DNA of 64,000 nt from Heterodontus francisci (taxonomy: Eukaryota): NCBI RefSeq assembly GCF_036365525.1, contig NC_090378.1:119521593-119585592 (forward strand), in the 5' to 3' direction. Of this stretch, positions 1 through 11,421 are shown one piece after another. How positions within the stretch are numbered: position 1 is the stretch's first letter; each line of letters begins with the position of its first letter. A program made the translations under genes and the position numbers. Below the pieces are notes generated by a model that searched no databases, was not told the origin of the DNA, and saw nothing but the letters and a program-made list of their open reading frames with translations.

Positions 1-3000
1 CCAATATTATATATTATATATAACTGTGGGATGTGTCAGTGCGGGAGGTGGGACTGTGTGTCCATTATTATATATTATATATAACTGTGGAACGTGTCAG
101 TGTGGGAGGTGGGACTATGCGTCCATTATTATATATTATATATAACTGTGGAAAGTGTCAGTCGAGGAGGTGGGACTGTGTGTCCATTATTATATATTAT
201 ATATAACTGTGGGATGTGTCAGTGCGGGAGGTGGGACTGTGTGTCCATTATTATATATTATATATAACTGTGGGATGTGTCAGTACAGGAGGTGGGACTG
301 TGTGTCCATTATTATATATTATATATAACTGTCGAACGTGTCAGTCGAGGAGGTGGGACTGTGCGTCCAATATTATATATTATATATAACTGTGGAAAGT
401 GTCAGTCGAGGAGGTGGGACTGTGTGTCCATTATTATATATTATATATAACTGTGGGATGTGTCAGTGCGGGAGGTGGGACTGTGTGTCCATTATTATAT
501 ATTATATATAACTGTGGGATGTGTCAGTACAGGAGGTGGGACTGTGTGTCCATTATTATATATTATATATAACTGTCGAACGTGTCAGTCGAGGAGGTGG
601 GACTGTGCGTCCAATATTATATATTATATATAACTGTGGGATGTGTCAGTGCGGGAGGTGGGACTGTGTGTCCATTATTATATATCATATATAAATGTGG
701 GATGTGTCAGTACAGGAGGTGGGACTGTGTGTCCACTATTATATATTATATATAACTGTGGGATGTGTCAGTGCAGGAGGTGGGACTGTGTGTCCATTAT
801 TATATATTATATATAACTGTGGGATGTGTCAGTCCAGGAGGTGGGACTGTGTGTCCACTATTATATATTATATATAACTGTGGGATGTGTCAGTGCAGGA
901 GGTGGGACTGTGTGTCCATTATTATATATTATATATAACTGTCGGATGTTTCAGTGAGGGAGGTGGGACTGTGTGTCCATTATTATATATTCTAGATAAC
1001 TGTCGGATGTGTCAGTACAGGAGGTGGGACTGTGTGTCCATTATTATATATCATATATAAATGTGGGATGTGTCAGTACAGGAGGTGGGACTGTGTGTCC
1101 ATTATTATATATTATATATAACTGTGGGATGTGTCAGTGCAGGAGGTGGGACTGTGTGTCCATTATTATATATTATATATAACTGTCGGATGTGTCAGTG
1201 CGGGAGGTGGGACTGTGTGTCCATTATTATATATTCTAGATAACTGTCGGATGTGTCAGTACAGGAGGTGGGACTGTGTGTCCAATATTATGTCTTATAT
1301 ATAACTGTGGGATGTGTCAGTGCGGGAGGTGGGACTGTGTGTCCATGAACATATATTATATATAACTGTGGGATGTGTCAGTACAGGACTTGGGCCTGTG
1401 AGCCCATTATTATATATTCTAGATAACAGTGGGATCTGTCAGGACAGGAGGTGGGGCTATGTGTCCAATATTATATATTATATATAACTGTCGGATGTGT
1501 CATAATGGGAGGTGGGACTGTGTTTCCAATATTATATATTATATATAACTGTGGAACGTGTCAGTCGAGGAGGTGGGACTGTGCGTCCATTATTATATAT
1601 TATATGTAACTGTGGGATGTGTCAGTGCGGGAGGTGGGACTGTCTGTCCATTATTATATATTATATATAACTGTGGAACGTGTCAGTCGAGGAGGTGGCA
1701 CGGTGCGTCCATTATTATATATTATATATAACTGTGGGATGTGTCAGTGCAGGAGGTGGGACTGTGTGTCCATTATTATATATTATATATAACTGTGGAA
1801 CGTGTCAGTCGAGGAGGTGGGACTGTGCGTCCATTATTAGATATTATATATAACTGTGGGATGTGTCAGTGCGGGAGGTGGGACTGTGTGTCCATTACTA
1901 TATATTATATATAACTGTGGAACGTGTAAATCAAGGAGGTGGGACTGTGTCTCCATTATTATATATTATATATAACTGTGGAACGTGTCAGTCGAGGAGG
2001 TGGGACTGTGCGTCCCTTATTATATATTATATATAACTGTGGAAAGTGTCAGTCGAGGAGGTGGGACTGTGTGTCCATTATTATATATTATATATAACTG
2101 TGGGATGTGTCAGTGCGGGAGGTGGGACTGTGTGTCCATTATTATATGTTATATATAACTGTGGGATGTGTCAGTACAGGAGGTGGGACTGTGTGTCCAT
2201 TATTATATATTATATATAACTGTGGAACGTGTCAGTCGAGGAGGTGGGACTGTGCGTCCATTATTATATATTATATATAACTGTGGGATGTGTCAGTGCG
2301 GGAGGTGGGACTGTGTGTCCATTATTATGTATCATATATAAATGTGGGATGTGTCAGTGCAGGAGGTGGGACTGTGTGTCCATTATTATATATTATATAT
2401 AACTGTCGGATGTGTCAGTGCGGGAGGTGGGACTGTGTGTCCATTATTATATATTCTAGATAACTGTCGGATGTGTCAGTACAGGAGGTGGGACTGTGTG
2501 TCCAATATTATGTCTTATATATAACTGTGGGATGTGTCAGTACAGGACGTGGGACTGTGAGCCCATTATTATATATTCTAGATAACAGTGGGATCTGTCA
2601 GGACAGGAGGTGGGGCTGTGTGTCCATTATTATATATTATATATAACTGTGGGATGCGTCAGTACAGGAGGTGGGACTGTGTGTCCATTATTATATATTA
2701 TATATAACTGTGGGATGCGTCAGTACAGGAGGTGGGACTGTGTGTCCATTATTATATATTATATATAACTTTGGGATGTGTCAGTGCGGGAGGTGGGACT
2801 GTGTGTCCATTATTATATATTATATATAACTGTGGGATGTGTCAGTACAGGAGGTGGGACTGTGTGTTCATTATGATATATTATATATAACTGTGGGACG
2901 TGTCAGTGCAGGGCTTGGGACTGTGTATCCATTATTATATATTATATATAACTGTGGGATGTGTCAGTACAGGAGGTGGGACAGTGTGTCCATTATTATA

Positions 3001-6000
3001 TATTATATATAACTGTGGGACGTGTCAGTGCAGGGGTTGGGACTGTGTATCCATTATTATGTATTATATATAACTGTGGGATGTGTCAGTACAGGAGGTG
3101 GGACTGTGTGTCCATTATTATATATTATATATAACTGTGGGACGTGTCAGTGCAGGGGTTGGGACTGTGTATCCATTATTATATATTATATATAACTGTG
3201 GGATGTGTCAGTACAGGAGGTGGGACTGTGTATCCATTATTATATATTAGATATAACTGTGGGACGTGTCAGTGCAGGGGTTGGGACTGTGTATCCATTA
3301 TTATATATTATATATAACTGTGGGATGTGTCAGTACAGGAGGTGGGACTGTGTGTTCATTATTATATATTATATATAACTGTGGGCCGTGTCAGTACAGG
3401 AGCTGGGACTGTGTGTCCATTATTATATATTATATATAACTGTGGGACGTGTCAGTGCAGGGGTTGGGACTGTGTATCCATTATTATATATTATATATAA
3501 CTGTGGGATGTGTCAGTACAGGAGGTGGGACTGTGTGTCCATTATTATATATTATATATAACTGTGGGACGTGTCAGTGCAGGGGTTGGGACTGTGTATC
3601 CATTATTATATATTATATATAACTGTGGGATGTGTCAGTACAGGAGGTGGGACTGTGTGTCCATTATTATATATTATATATAACTGTGGGACGTGTCAGT
3701 GCAGGGGTTGGGACTGTGTATCCATTATTATATATTATATATAACTGTGGGATGTGTCAGTGCGGGAGGTGGGACTGTGTGTCCATTATTATATATTATA
3801 TATAACTGTGGGATGTGTCAGTACAGGAGGTGGGACTGTGTGTTCATTATGATATATTATATATAACTGTGGGACGTGTCAGTGCAGGGCTTGGGACTGT
3901 GTATCCATTATTATATATTATATATAACTGTGGGATGTGTCAGTACAGGAGGTGGGACTGTGTGTCCATTATTATATATTATATATAACTGTGGGATGTG
4001 TCAGTGCAGGGGTTGGGACTGTGTGTTCATTATTATATATTATATATAACTGTGGGACGTGTCAGTGCAGGGGTTGGGACTGTGTATCCATTATTATATA
4101 TTATATATAACTGTGGGACGTGTCAGTGCAGGGGTTGGGACTGTGTGTTCATTATTATATATTATATATAACTGTGGGCCGTGTCAGTACAGGAGGTGGG
4201 AATGTGTGTCCATTATTATATATTATATATCACTGTGGGATGCGTCAGTCTCGGAGGTGGGACTGTGCGTCCATTATTATATATTATATATAACTGTGGG
4301 CCGTGTCAGTACAGGAGGTGGGAATGTGTGTCCATTATTATATATTATATATAACTGTGGGCCGTGTCAGTACAGGAGGTGGGACTGTCTGTCCATTATT
4401 ATATATTATATATAACTGTGGGATGCGTCAGTATAGGAGGTGGGACTGTGCGTCCATTATTATATATTATATATAACTGTGGGATGTGTCAGTACAGGAG
4501 CTGGGACTGTGTGTCCATTATTATATATTATATATAACTGTGGGATGCGTCAGTATAGGAGGTGGGACTGTGCGTCCATTATTATATATTATATATAACT
4601 GTGGGCCGTGTCAGTACAGGAGCTGGGACTGTGTGTCCATTATTATATATTATATATAACTGTGGGATGCGTCAGTACAGGAGGTGGGACTGTGTGTTCA
4701 TTATTATATATTATATATAACTGTGGGCCGTGTCAGTACAGGAGGTGGGACTGTGTGTCCATTATTATATATTATATATAACTGTGGGCCGTGTCAGTAC
4801 AGGAGCTGGGACTGTGTGTCCATTATTATATATTATATATAACTGTGGGATGCGTCAGTACAGGAGGTGGGACTGTGTGTTCATTATTATATATTATATA
4901 TAACTGTGGGCCGTGTCAGTACAGGAGCTGGGACTGTGTGTCCATTATTATATATTATATATAACTGTGGGCCGTGTCAGTACAGGAGCTGGGACTGTGT
5001 GTCCATTATTATATATTATATATAACTGTGGGATGCGTCAGTACAGGAGGTGGGACTGTGTGTTCATTATTATATATTATATATAACTGTGGGCCGTGTC
5101 AGTACAGGAGGTGGGACTGTGTATCCATTATTATATATTATATATAACTGTGGGCCGTGTCAGTGCTGGAGGTGGGACTGTGTGTCCATTATTATATATT
5201 ATATATAACTGTGGGCCGTGTCAGTACAGGAGGTGGGACTGTGTGTCCATTATTATATATTGTATATAACTGTGGGCCGTGTCAGTACAGGAGGTGGGAC
5301 TGTGTGTCCATTATTATATATTATATATAACTGTGGGCCGTGTCAGTACAGGAGGTGGGACTGTGTGTCCATTATTATATATTGTATATAACTGTGGGCC
5401 GTGTCAGTACAGGAGGTGGGACTGTGTATCCATTATTATATATTATATATAACTGTGGGATGTGTCAGTACAGGAGGTGGGACTGTGTGTCCATTATTAT
5501 ATATTATATATAACTGTGGGCCGTGTCAGTACAGGAGGTGGGACTGTGTGTCCATTATTATATATTATATATAACTGTGGGCCGTGTCAGTACAGGAGGT
5601 GGGACTGTGTGTCCATTATTATATATTATATATAACTGTGGGCCGTGTCAGTACAGGAGGTGGGACTGTGTGTCCATTATTATATATTATATATAACTGT
5701 GGGCCGTGTCAGTCCAGGAGGTGGGACTGTGTGTCCATTATTATATATTATATATAACTGTGGGCCGTGTCAGTACAGGAGGTGGGACTGTGTGTCCATT
5801 ATTATATATTATATATAACTGTGGGATGCGTCAGTACAGGAGGTGGGACTGTGTGTCCATTATTATATATTATATATAACTGTGGGATGTGTCAGTACAG
5901 GAGGTGGGACTGTGTGTCCATTATTATATATTATATATAACTGTGGGCCGTGTCAGTGCTGGAGGTGGGACTGTGTGTCTATTATTATATATTATATATA

Positions 6001-6222
6001 ACTGTGGGATGTGTCAGTACAGGAGGTGGGACTGTGAGTCCATTATTATATATTATATATAACTGTGGGACGTGTCAGTACAGGAGGTGGGACTGTGTGT
6101 CCATTATTATATATTATATATAACTGTGGGATGTGTCAGTGCAGGAGGTGGGACTGTGTGTCCATTATTATATATTATATATAACTGTGGGATGTGTCAG
6201 GACAGGAGGTGGGACTGTGTGT
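1..6222. repeat. 61-bp minisatellite, about 102 units visible, truncated by window start
   Basis: Unit ATAACTGTGGGATGTGTCAGTACAGGAGGTGGGACTGTGTGTCCATTATTATATATTATAT repeated head-to-tail with point variants. Ends 5 bp from the RSS nonamer. Confidence 0.98.
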
Positions 6223-6227
6223 ATTGA

Positions 6228-6255
6228 GGTTTTTGTAAGGCTCTGTCTCACTGTG
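6228..6255 (-). other. V(D)J recombination signal sequence, 12-bp spacer
   Basis: Minus strand CACAGTG (6255-6249), AGACAGAGCCTT (12 bp), ACAAAAACC (6236-6228). Consensus heptamer and nonamer directly after the V coding end. Confidence 0.98.
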
Positions 6256-6557
6256 GATAGACCAGCTTTTAGCTTGCTGACAGTAATAATCTGCGACATC
6301 CTCATTCTGTACATTACTGATTGTCAGAGTGAATTTGAGGTTCTGTTGACTGCCGGTGAATCGTTCGGATGTTCCTGTGTATCGAGTTGTTGCATAATAG
6401 ATCAGGAGAGTGGGTTTCTGACCGTCTCGCTGCTGATACCAAGCTACATACTTGCTCACGGACTGGCTGGCCGTACAGGTGATCGTTGCGGTCTGTCCCA
6501 GTGTCACTGACAGTGCCGGTGGAGACTGGGTCATGATGATGGTGTCTCCACTGATAC
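6256..6557 (-). CDS. IGKV: Ig light-chain V exon, kappa-type (shark type III/NS4-like), unrearranged
   Basis: Acceptor TATTACCCCTCAG. Translates [101 protein letters not shown], with conserved Cys, WYQQ, LLIY and DYYC. A 12-RSS on V fits kappa polarity. Confidence 0.95.
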
Positions 6558-6743
6558 CTGAGGGGTAATAGAGAAACAGAGTGAAGTAAGAACTGTCACA
6601 GAAAGACCCTGTAAAATGAGATATTATTAGAGACAGTGACCGCTCCTCATGTTTCAGCATTTTCTCTCCAATCACAAGTCAGTAGAATTGGACTGAAACA
6701 AACAGCAGGAAAATATTAACCGTGGAAGGAGAGAGATTTGTAC

Positions 6744-6792
6744 CTGCGACGCAGAATGCCAGAGGCCAGATCAGCTGGATGGGTGAAATCAT
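6744..6792 (-). CDS. IGKV: Ig V leader exon (signal peptide part 1)
   Basis: ATG at 6792, MISPIQLIWPLAFCVA+G, donor G|GTACAA. The phase-1 intron (6558-6743, 186 bp) splices in frame to the V exon. Confidence 0.93.
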
Positions 6793-6852
6793 GGTGCCTG
6801 CTCCTGTCTCTGTGCCTGGTTACTGATAAACTCTCCCTTCACTGGGCTCTGC

Positions 6853-6949
6853 TTTATAAAGCTGCAGCCTGTGAGAGTCTGACTGCCTGTTTCTCAGTAT
6901 GTAAATGGTATCACCCAGAGAAAGGCACGTCAGCAACTCTCACTTCCTC
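6853..6949 (-). promoter_or_regulatory. V-gene promoter: TATA, variant octamer, CRE-like and Ets sites
   Basis: Minus strand TATAAA 6858-6853; ATTTACAT 6906-6899 (1 mismatch to ATTTGCAT); TGACGTG 6932-6926; GAGGAAGTG 6949-6941. Spacing is typical of light-chain promoters. Confidence 0.7.
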
Positions 6950-7600
6950 TTCTCTCTTTCTGTTTCCCTCACTACCTCCCTCCTTCTATTTCTCACCCCC
7001 TCTCTCTCTGCCTCTTTATCTCCTATCTCAATCCCTTTCCCTCTTTTGCCCTCTCCCTCTCACTCACTGTCTCTCTCTCCCCCACCCTCCTGAAATCTTT
7101 CTCACTCCCCTTCCCTCATTCTCCTTGTCTCTCTCTCCATATCTCTTTCTCTCTTTTTCTGCTTCTCCCCATCCCTACCTCTCACTCTTTGTCTCTCTGC
7201 CTGCTCTCTGTCCGCTCTCTCTCCCTCATTCTCTGTCTGTATCTCTCTCTGTCTGTGTCTTTGTCTTTCTGCCTACTCATCTCTCTCTCCCTCACTCTTT
7301 GCCTGTCTCCCCATCTTGTTCTTCCAATCTCACTCTCCCTATTTTGCTCTCTCCTCCTCTCCCTGTCTCCCTGTCTCTGTCTCTCTCCCTCCCCATCTCT
7401 CTATCTCTCTGTCTTTGTTCCTCTGCCTACTCATCTCTCTCCCACCCTCCATTGTTCTGTAATTCTGTAACTGATCTCTAAAACAGGAGTTATTACTGGA
7501 GACTGGAACACTTTGAGGCCTGGTGCAGCAGTTAAATGTCTCCCCCTCTATCTCTCTCTGTCTCACAGCCTCCACCTCACTCTCTCTTTCCCACAGTCTC
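6937..7600. repeat. CT-rich low-complexity polypyrimidine tract
   Basis: About 650 bp dominated by (CT)n, CCCT and CTGT. ORFs here are compositional. Confidence 0.9.
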
Positions 7601-8078
7601 CCAGGTGGAGCACAGTTAAATGAAGGGTAAAACTCCCTCTGCTCTGCCCCACCAATGGATGTTAACCCTTGACACCAGAAACATGCCTTCTCCTGGAGTA
7701 AGGCCCCATTACCCACAGTGACCATGCTTTGGCCTCTCTCAGTAAGACTGGCAGATTATTGTTAAATTTAGGGCAGTTCTGTGCTGTTGGTCTATTCTCA
7801 ATGGGACTGGTTTGGACAGAAAGCTCATTTCATGAAGGCCCAGCAGAGAGAGGAGATCCTCACCCCATCAGTGTGAGCTGGAGGGACAGGACAGAGTCTG
7901 ACCCACTGCCCCATCCTGTCAGCTCATAACATGTTCAAATCCCTTCCCGTCTCCATCCCCTTCCATGGTCAGGCTCCAGGTCATTGGAGTTTTACTGGGA
8001 TGAGGGGCGGACAATCAAACATTTACAACATGAAGGAGCTGTCCTCCACATCAACCATAGTGTCCATGTTCCATTGGT

Positions 8079-8539
8079 CCTCCAATAGGGACCAGTAAAC
8101 ATGGGCCTCCTTCCCACTGGACCTCCAATAGGGACCAGTAAACATGGGCCTCCATCCCACTGGGCATCCAATAGGGACCAGTAAACATGGGCCTCCTTCC
8201 CACTGGGCATCCAATAGGGACCAGTAAACATGGGCCTCCTTCCCACTGGGCATCCAATAGGGACCAGTAAACATGGGCCTCCTTCCCACTGGGCATCCAA
8301 TAGGGACCAGTAAACATGGGCCTCCTTCCTACTGGGCATCCAATAGGGACCAGCAAACATGGGCCTCCTTCCTACTGGGCATCCAATAGGGACCAGTAAA
8401 CATGGGCCTCCATCCCACTGGGCATCCAATAGGGACCAGCAAACATGGGCCTCCTTCCTACTGGGCATCCAATAGGGACCAGCAAACATGGGCCTCCTTC
8501 CTACTGGGCATCCAATAGGGACCAGCAAACATGGGCCTC
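8079..8539. repeat. 43-bp minisatellite, about 10.7 units
   Basis: Unit GGGACCAGTAAACATGGGCCTCCTTCCCACTGGGCATCCAATA. Confidence 0.95.
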
Positions 8540-8574
8540 TGTTTTCCTCCATGGCCTCACTCCTCCCTACCTTT

Positions 8575-8890
8575 GCCTCCTGCTGCAGACTCACATTCCC
8601 TCTCTCACTCTTCCATATTCTGACACTGCTTTCCTGCCCATCGCTGCTTCCTTCATCCCACCATTGACAGCAGGGTCTTCAGATGCCTCGGCCCTGCTCT
8701 CTGAACTCCCGCCATTAATCCCTCTCCCTCTCCAGGTCTCTCTCTGCTCCATCAAACTCTATCCTTTCACCCAAGCCTTTGATCACTCTTCCTAAAGACC
8801 CCTCACCACCTCCTCCGTTCCTCATACTGCAGCTCTGTGAAGCATCTTGTGACGTTTTGTATATTATAGGCGCTATATAAATTCAAGTTG
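8575..8890 (+). mobile_element. L2-clade LINE 3' end fragment
   Basis: Degenerate ORF2 C-terminus (...CCCAAGCCTTTG...) and L2-type tail GGCGCTATATAAATTCAAGTTG. Confidence 0.6.
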
Positions 8891-9189
8891 GGTGTGGATT
8901 TCGGGTGGGGACAGAATTGGATACAGTGGTGATGGTCCCTGTAGTCAAATATCCTGTTGACAGGGTCCAGGCTTATAGACACAGAATGGGGAAGTGGGTG
9001 AGGTAGGAATGTGCTGTCGGGGCCCATGGAACTGTCACCCCAGCATGAAGTGTCGCTCAGGAGGGGAGAGGGAATGTTCGGAGTCCTGAGCTCCATTTCC
9101 CACACCAGGCATTTTGTCTTCCAATGAATGAATGAGATGCCAATTTCGAGCCCAGGTTAGGGACAGTCTCGTACTGTGGGCCCAGGTCT

Positions 9190-9325
9190 CGATAAGGGAA
9201 TTGGAGATATACCTGAAAAGGAAAGATTTTCTGGGTTATAGGGCTAGAGAGGGGCAGTGGGACTAATTGGGTAGCTCACAGGCACGATGGGCTGAATGGC
9301 CTCCTTCTGTGCTGTAAAATTCTAG
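9190..9325 (+). mobile_element. CR1 3' tail fragment
   Basis: GGGCTGAATGGCCTCCTTCTGTGCTGTAA resembles the CR1 tails at about 15630-15660 and 52180-52215. Confidence 0.6.
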
Positions 9326-9329
9326 ATAG

Positions 9330-9560
9330 TGTGTGCGGTTCACAGTTTTCTCCCGTGTCATTAACAAACGTCCAGCTGCTCCAAGCTCCTTCTTTCACTT
9401 CCTCTGTTGGTTAAGTTTCAATCTTCCGAACTGACAGTCTTTGCAGTTATTTTTTACATTGGGGATTTCTGCTGTGGTCTGAGTCTCTAATAATAACCGT
9501 CCAATCAGTGAAAATAACAGCAGCTGAGAGCAGTCAGCACTGAGGACCCAGTCTCACTGG
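9330..9560. promoter_or_regulatory. Candidate B-lineage enhancer (EICE, E-boxes, kB-like, RUNX)
   Basis: TTTCACTTCC 9393-9402 (GGAAGTGAAA on minus); CAGCTG 9373-9378 and 9521-9526; GGGGATTTCT 9461-9470; TGTGGT 9473-9478. Lies in an island with no TE I could recognise. Confidence 0.4.
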
Positions 9561-9589
9561 GAAACACATTGGGAAGATCAAAGCTGATT

Positions 9590-11095
9590 GTTTAGTGAAT
9601 TCTCTGAATACTCTTGACTCCCCCACCAGAGGAAACAGTTTCTCTTGATCTCTCTGAATCATTTTAATCCTTTATTCATCTTAAATACCTCAATGAGATC
9701 ACCCCTAAATTCTCTGAACTCAAGGGAATACAAGCCTAGTCTATACAATCTGTCCTGATAATTTAACCCTTTCAGTCCCGGTATCATTCTGGTGAATCTG
9801 TGCTGCACCCCCTCCAAGGCCAATCTCTCCTTCCTGAGGTGCGGGGCCCAGAACTGAACACAGTTACTCCAGATGCAGTTAAACCAGAGCTTTATTCAAC
9901 TGGAGTAAAACCCCTTTGTATTCCAGTCCCCTTGATAGAAAGACCAACATTCCATTAGCCTTATTCAATATGTTTTGTACCTGTCACTAGATTTTAGTAC
10001 TTTCTGTACTTGGACCCTTAAATCTCTCTGTTCCTCCACAGTTCTCAGCTTCTCACCATTTAGAAATTACTCTGATTTATCTTTCTCAGGTCCAAACTGG
10101 ATGACCTCACACTGTCCACATTGAACTCCATCTGCCATTGTCTTCGGTCCCCATCACAAACTCCATTCCCGAGCCACTGATTCCATCCCTCTCCCAGGGA
10201 CTGTCTGAGACTGAACCAGGCAGTTCACAGCCATGGCATTGTAGTTGATGCTGAGATGTGTTACTGACCACATAAACCACATCATCACTAAAACCACCTA
10301 TTTCCACATTGCTAACATTACCAGTTTCTACCACACCTCAGCTCATCCACTGCTGAAACCCTCATCCATGCATTTATTACCTCTAGACTTGAGTATTCCA
10401 ATGCTCTCCTGACAGGTCTCACACATTCTACCCACTGTAAACTTGATCTCATCTAAAACTCTGCTGCCTGCGTTCGAACTCGCAGAAAGTCCTGTCCTGT
10501 TCCCCCATCACCTCGATGCTCATTGGACAACATTGTCTCCTGGTTCGGCAATGGCTCAGTTTTAAAATTCTCATCCTTGTTATCAAATCCCTCCCTATCT
10601 CTGGAACCTCCTCCAAGCTGCTGAACTTAGTGTCATCAGCAATCTTGGATAGATGTCTCTATTCCTTCATCCAAGTCATTGATCAATATCGTGAAAAGTT
10701 GAGGCTCCAGCACAGATCCCTGGGGACACCACTATTCACAGCTTGCTAACTGGAGTAAATACACATTATCCCTACTCTCTGTCTCCTACCTCCTAACCAA
10801 TTCCTTACCCATGTCAAAACATTTCCTCACATTCCATATGCTTCCATTTTGCGAACAGTCTCTTGTGTGGAACCTTCTCAAATGCCTTCTGGAAATCCAT
10901 ATAAATAACATCCATAGACATTCCCTTATCGACCACATTAGTGACCGCTTCAAAAAATACAACTCGGTTAGTTAAACATGTTTCACCCTTTTTAAATCCG
11001 TGCTGACTCTCTCTGATCAGTTTATATTTGTCAGTCATTCTGTCCCTAATAACAGATTCAAATAACTTCCCCAAAACAGATGTTAAACTGAGATG
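9590..11095 (-). mobile_element. Degenerate CR1 LINE RT fragment, split by an L2 piece
   Basis: ORF 10814-11074 (QHGFKKG.TCLTN...DVIYMDFQKAFEKVPH). RT C-terminal motifs at 9590-10140. Confidence 0.8.
10200..10615 (+). mobile_element. L2-clade LINE RT C-terminal fragment
   Basis: Encodes AETLIHAFITSRLEYSNALL...NSAA...FKILILVIKSL. Confidence 0.75.
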
Positions 11096-11330
11096 TTAGT
11101 CGTGAATTACTCAAGCAAACAGCCGTCAGAGAGACGAGGGCTGAACGGCCTCCTCCTGTGCTGCAGAATTATACTGCTTTTTGGCTGAAACATGTGGATT
11201 GGAACAGGAGGTGTGCTGGAGTTTAAACAATGAGTTAAATATGGAGGTAGTGTCATTAGTGGGTAATGCACAGTCTACATTGTGTCCAGGACCCTCTCTA
11301 AAAGATGTCTTTCTCTTTTTCCTTTTTCAG

Positions 11331-11421
11331 GTCCAGGGCTGTAATTAAGGAGCTGAAAGAATATTTAGTGAAGAAGTTTCCGGACTGTGCGGTGTGTGTG
11401 AAGGTGTTCGGCAGTGACTGA
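11331..11421 (+). other. Candidate isolated terminal coding exon, product unknown
   Basis: Strong acceptor TTTCTCTTTTTCCTTTTTCAG|; phase-2 frame SRAVIKELKEYLVKKFPDCAVCVKVFGSD*. Confidence 0.3.

Noticed and set aside
1-6222. CRISPR array or class-switch region; short ORFs in the array
   Set aside because: Units are contiguous with no unique spacers and there are no cas genes. The locus is a light chain, AGCT is rare and the G-rich strand is the V template strand. The ORFs are repeat translations.
6175-6675. 166-aa ORF as a single-exon gene
   Set aside because: Its N-terminus is intron and its C-terminus reads through the RSS. The true structure is leader exon plus V exon.
6738-7725. Leu/Ser/Pro-rich ORFs
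   Set aside because: Translations of the CT-rich tract.
7714-7752. Perfect heptamer CACAGTG on the plus strand
   Set aside because: No nonamer at 12 or 23 bp and no adjacent coding segment.
7992-8594. Repetitive 200-aa ORF (likewise 15928-16579)
   Set aside because: The 43-bp and 32-bp units are not multiples of 3; the periodic peptides are artefacts.
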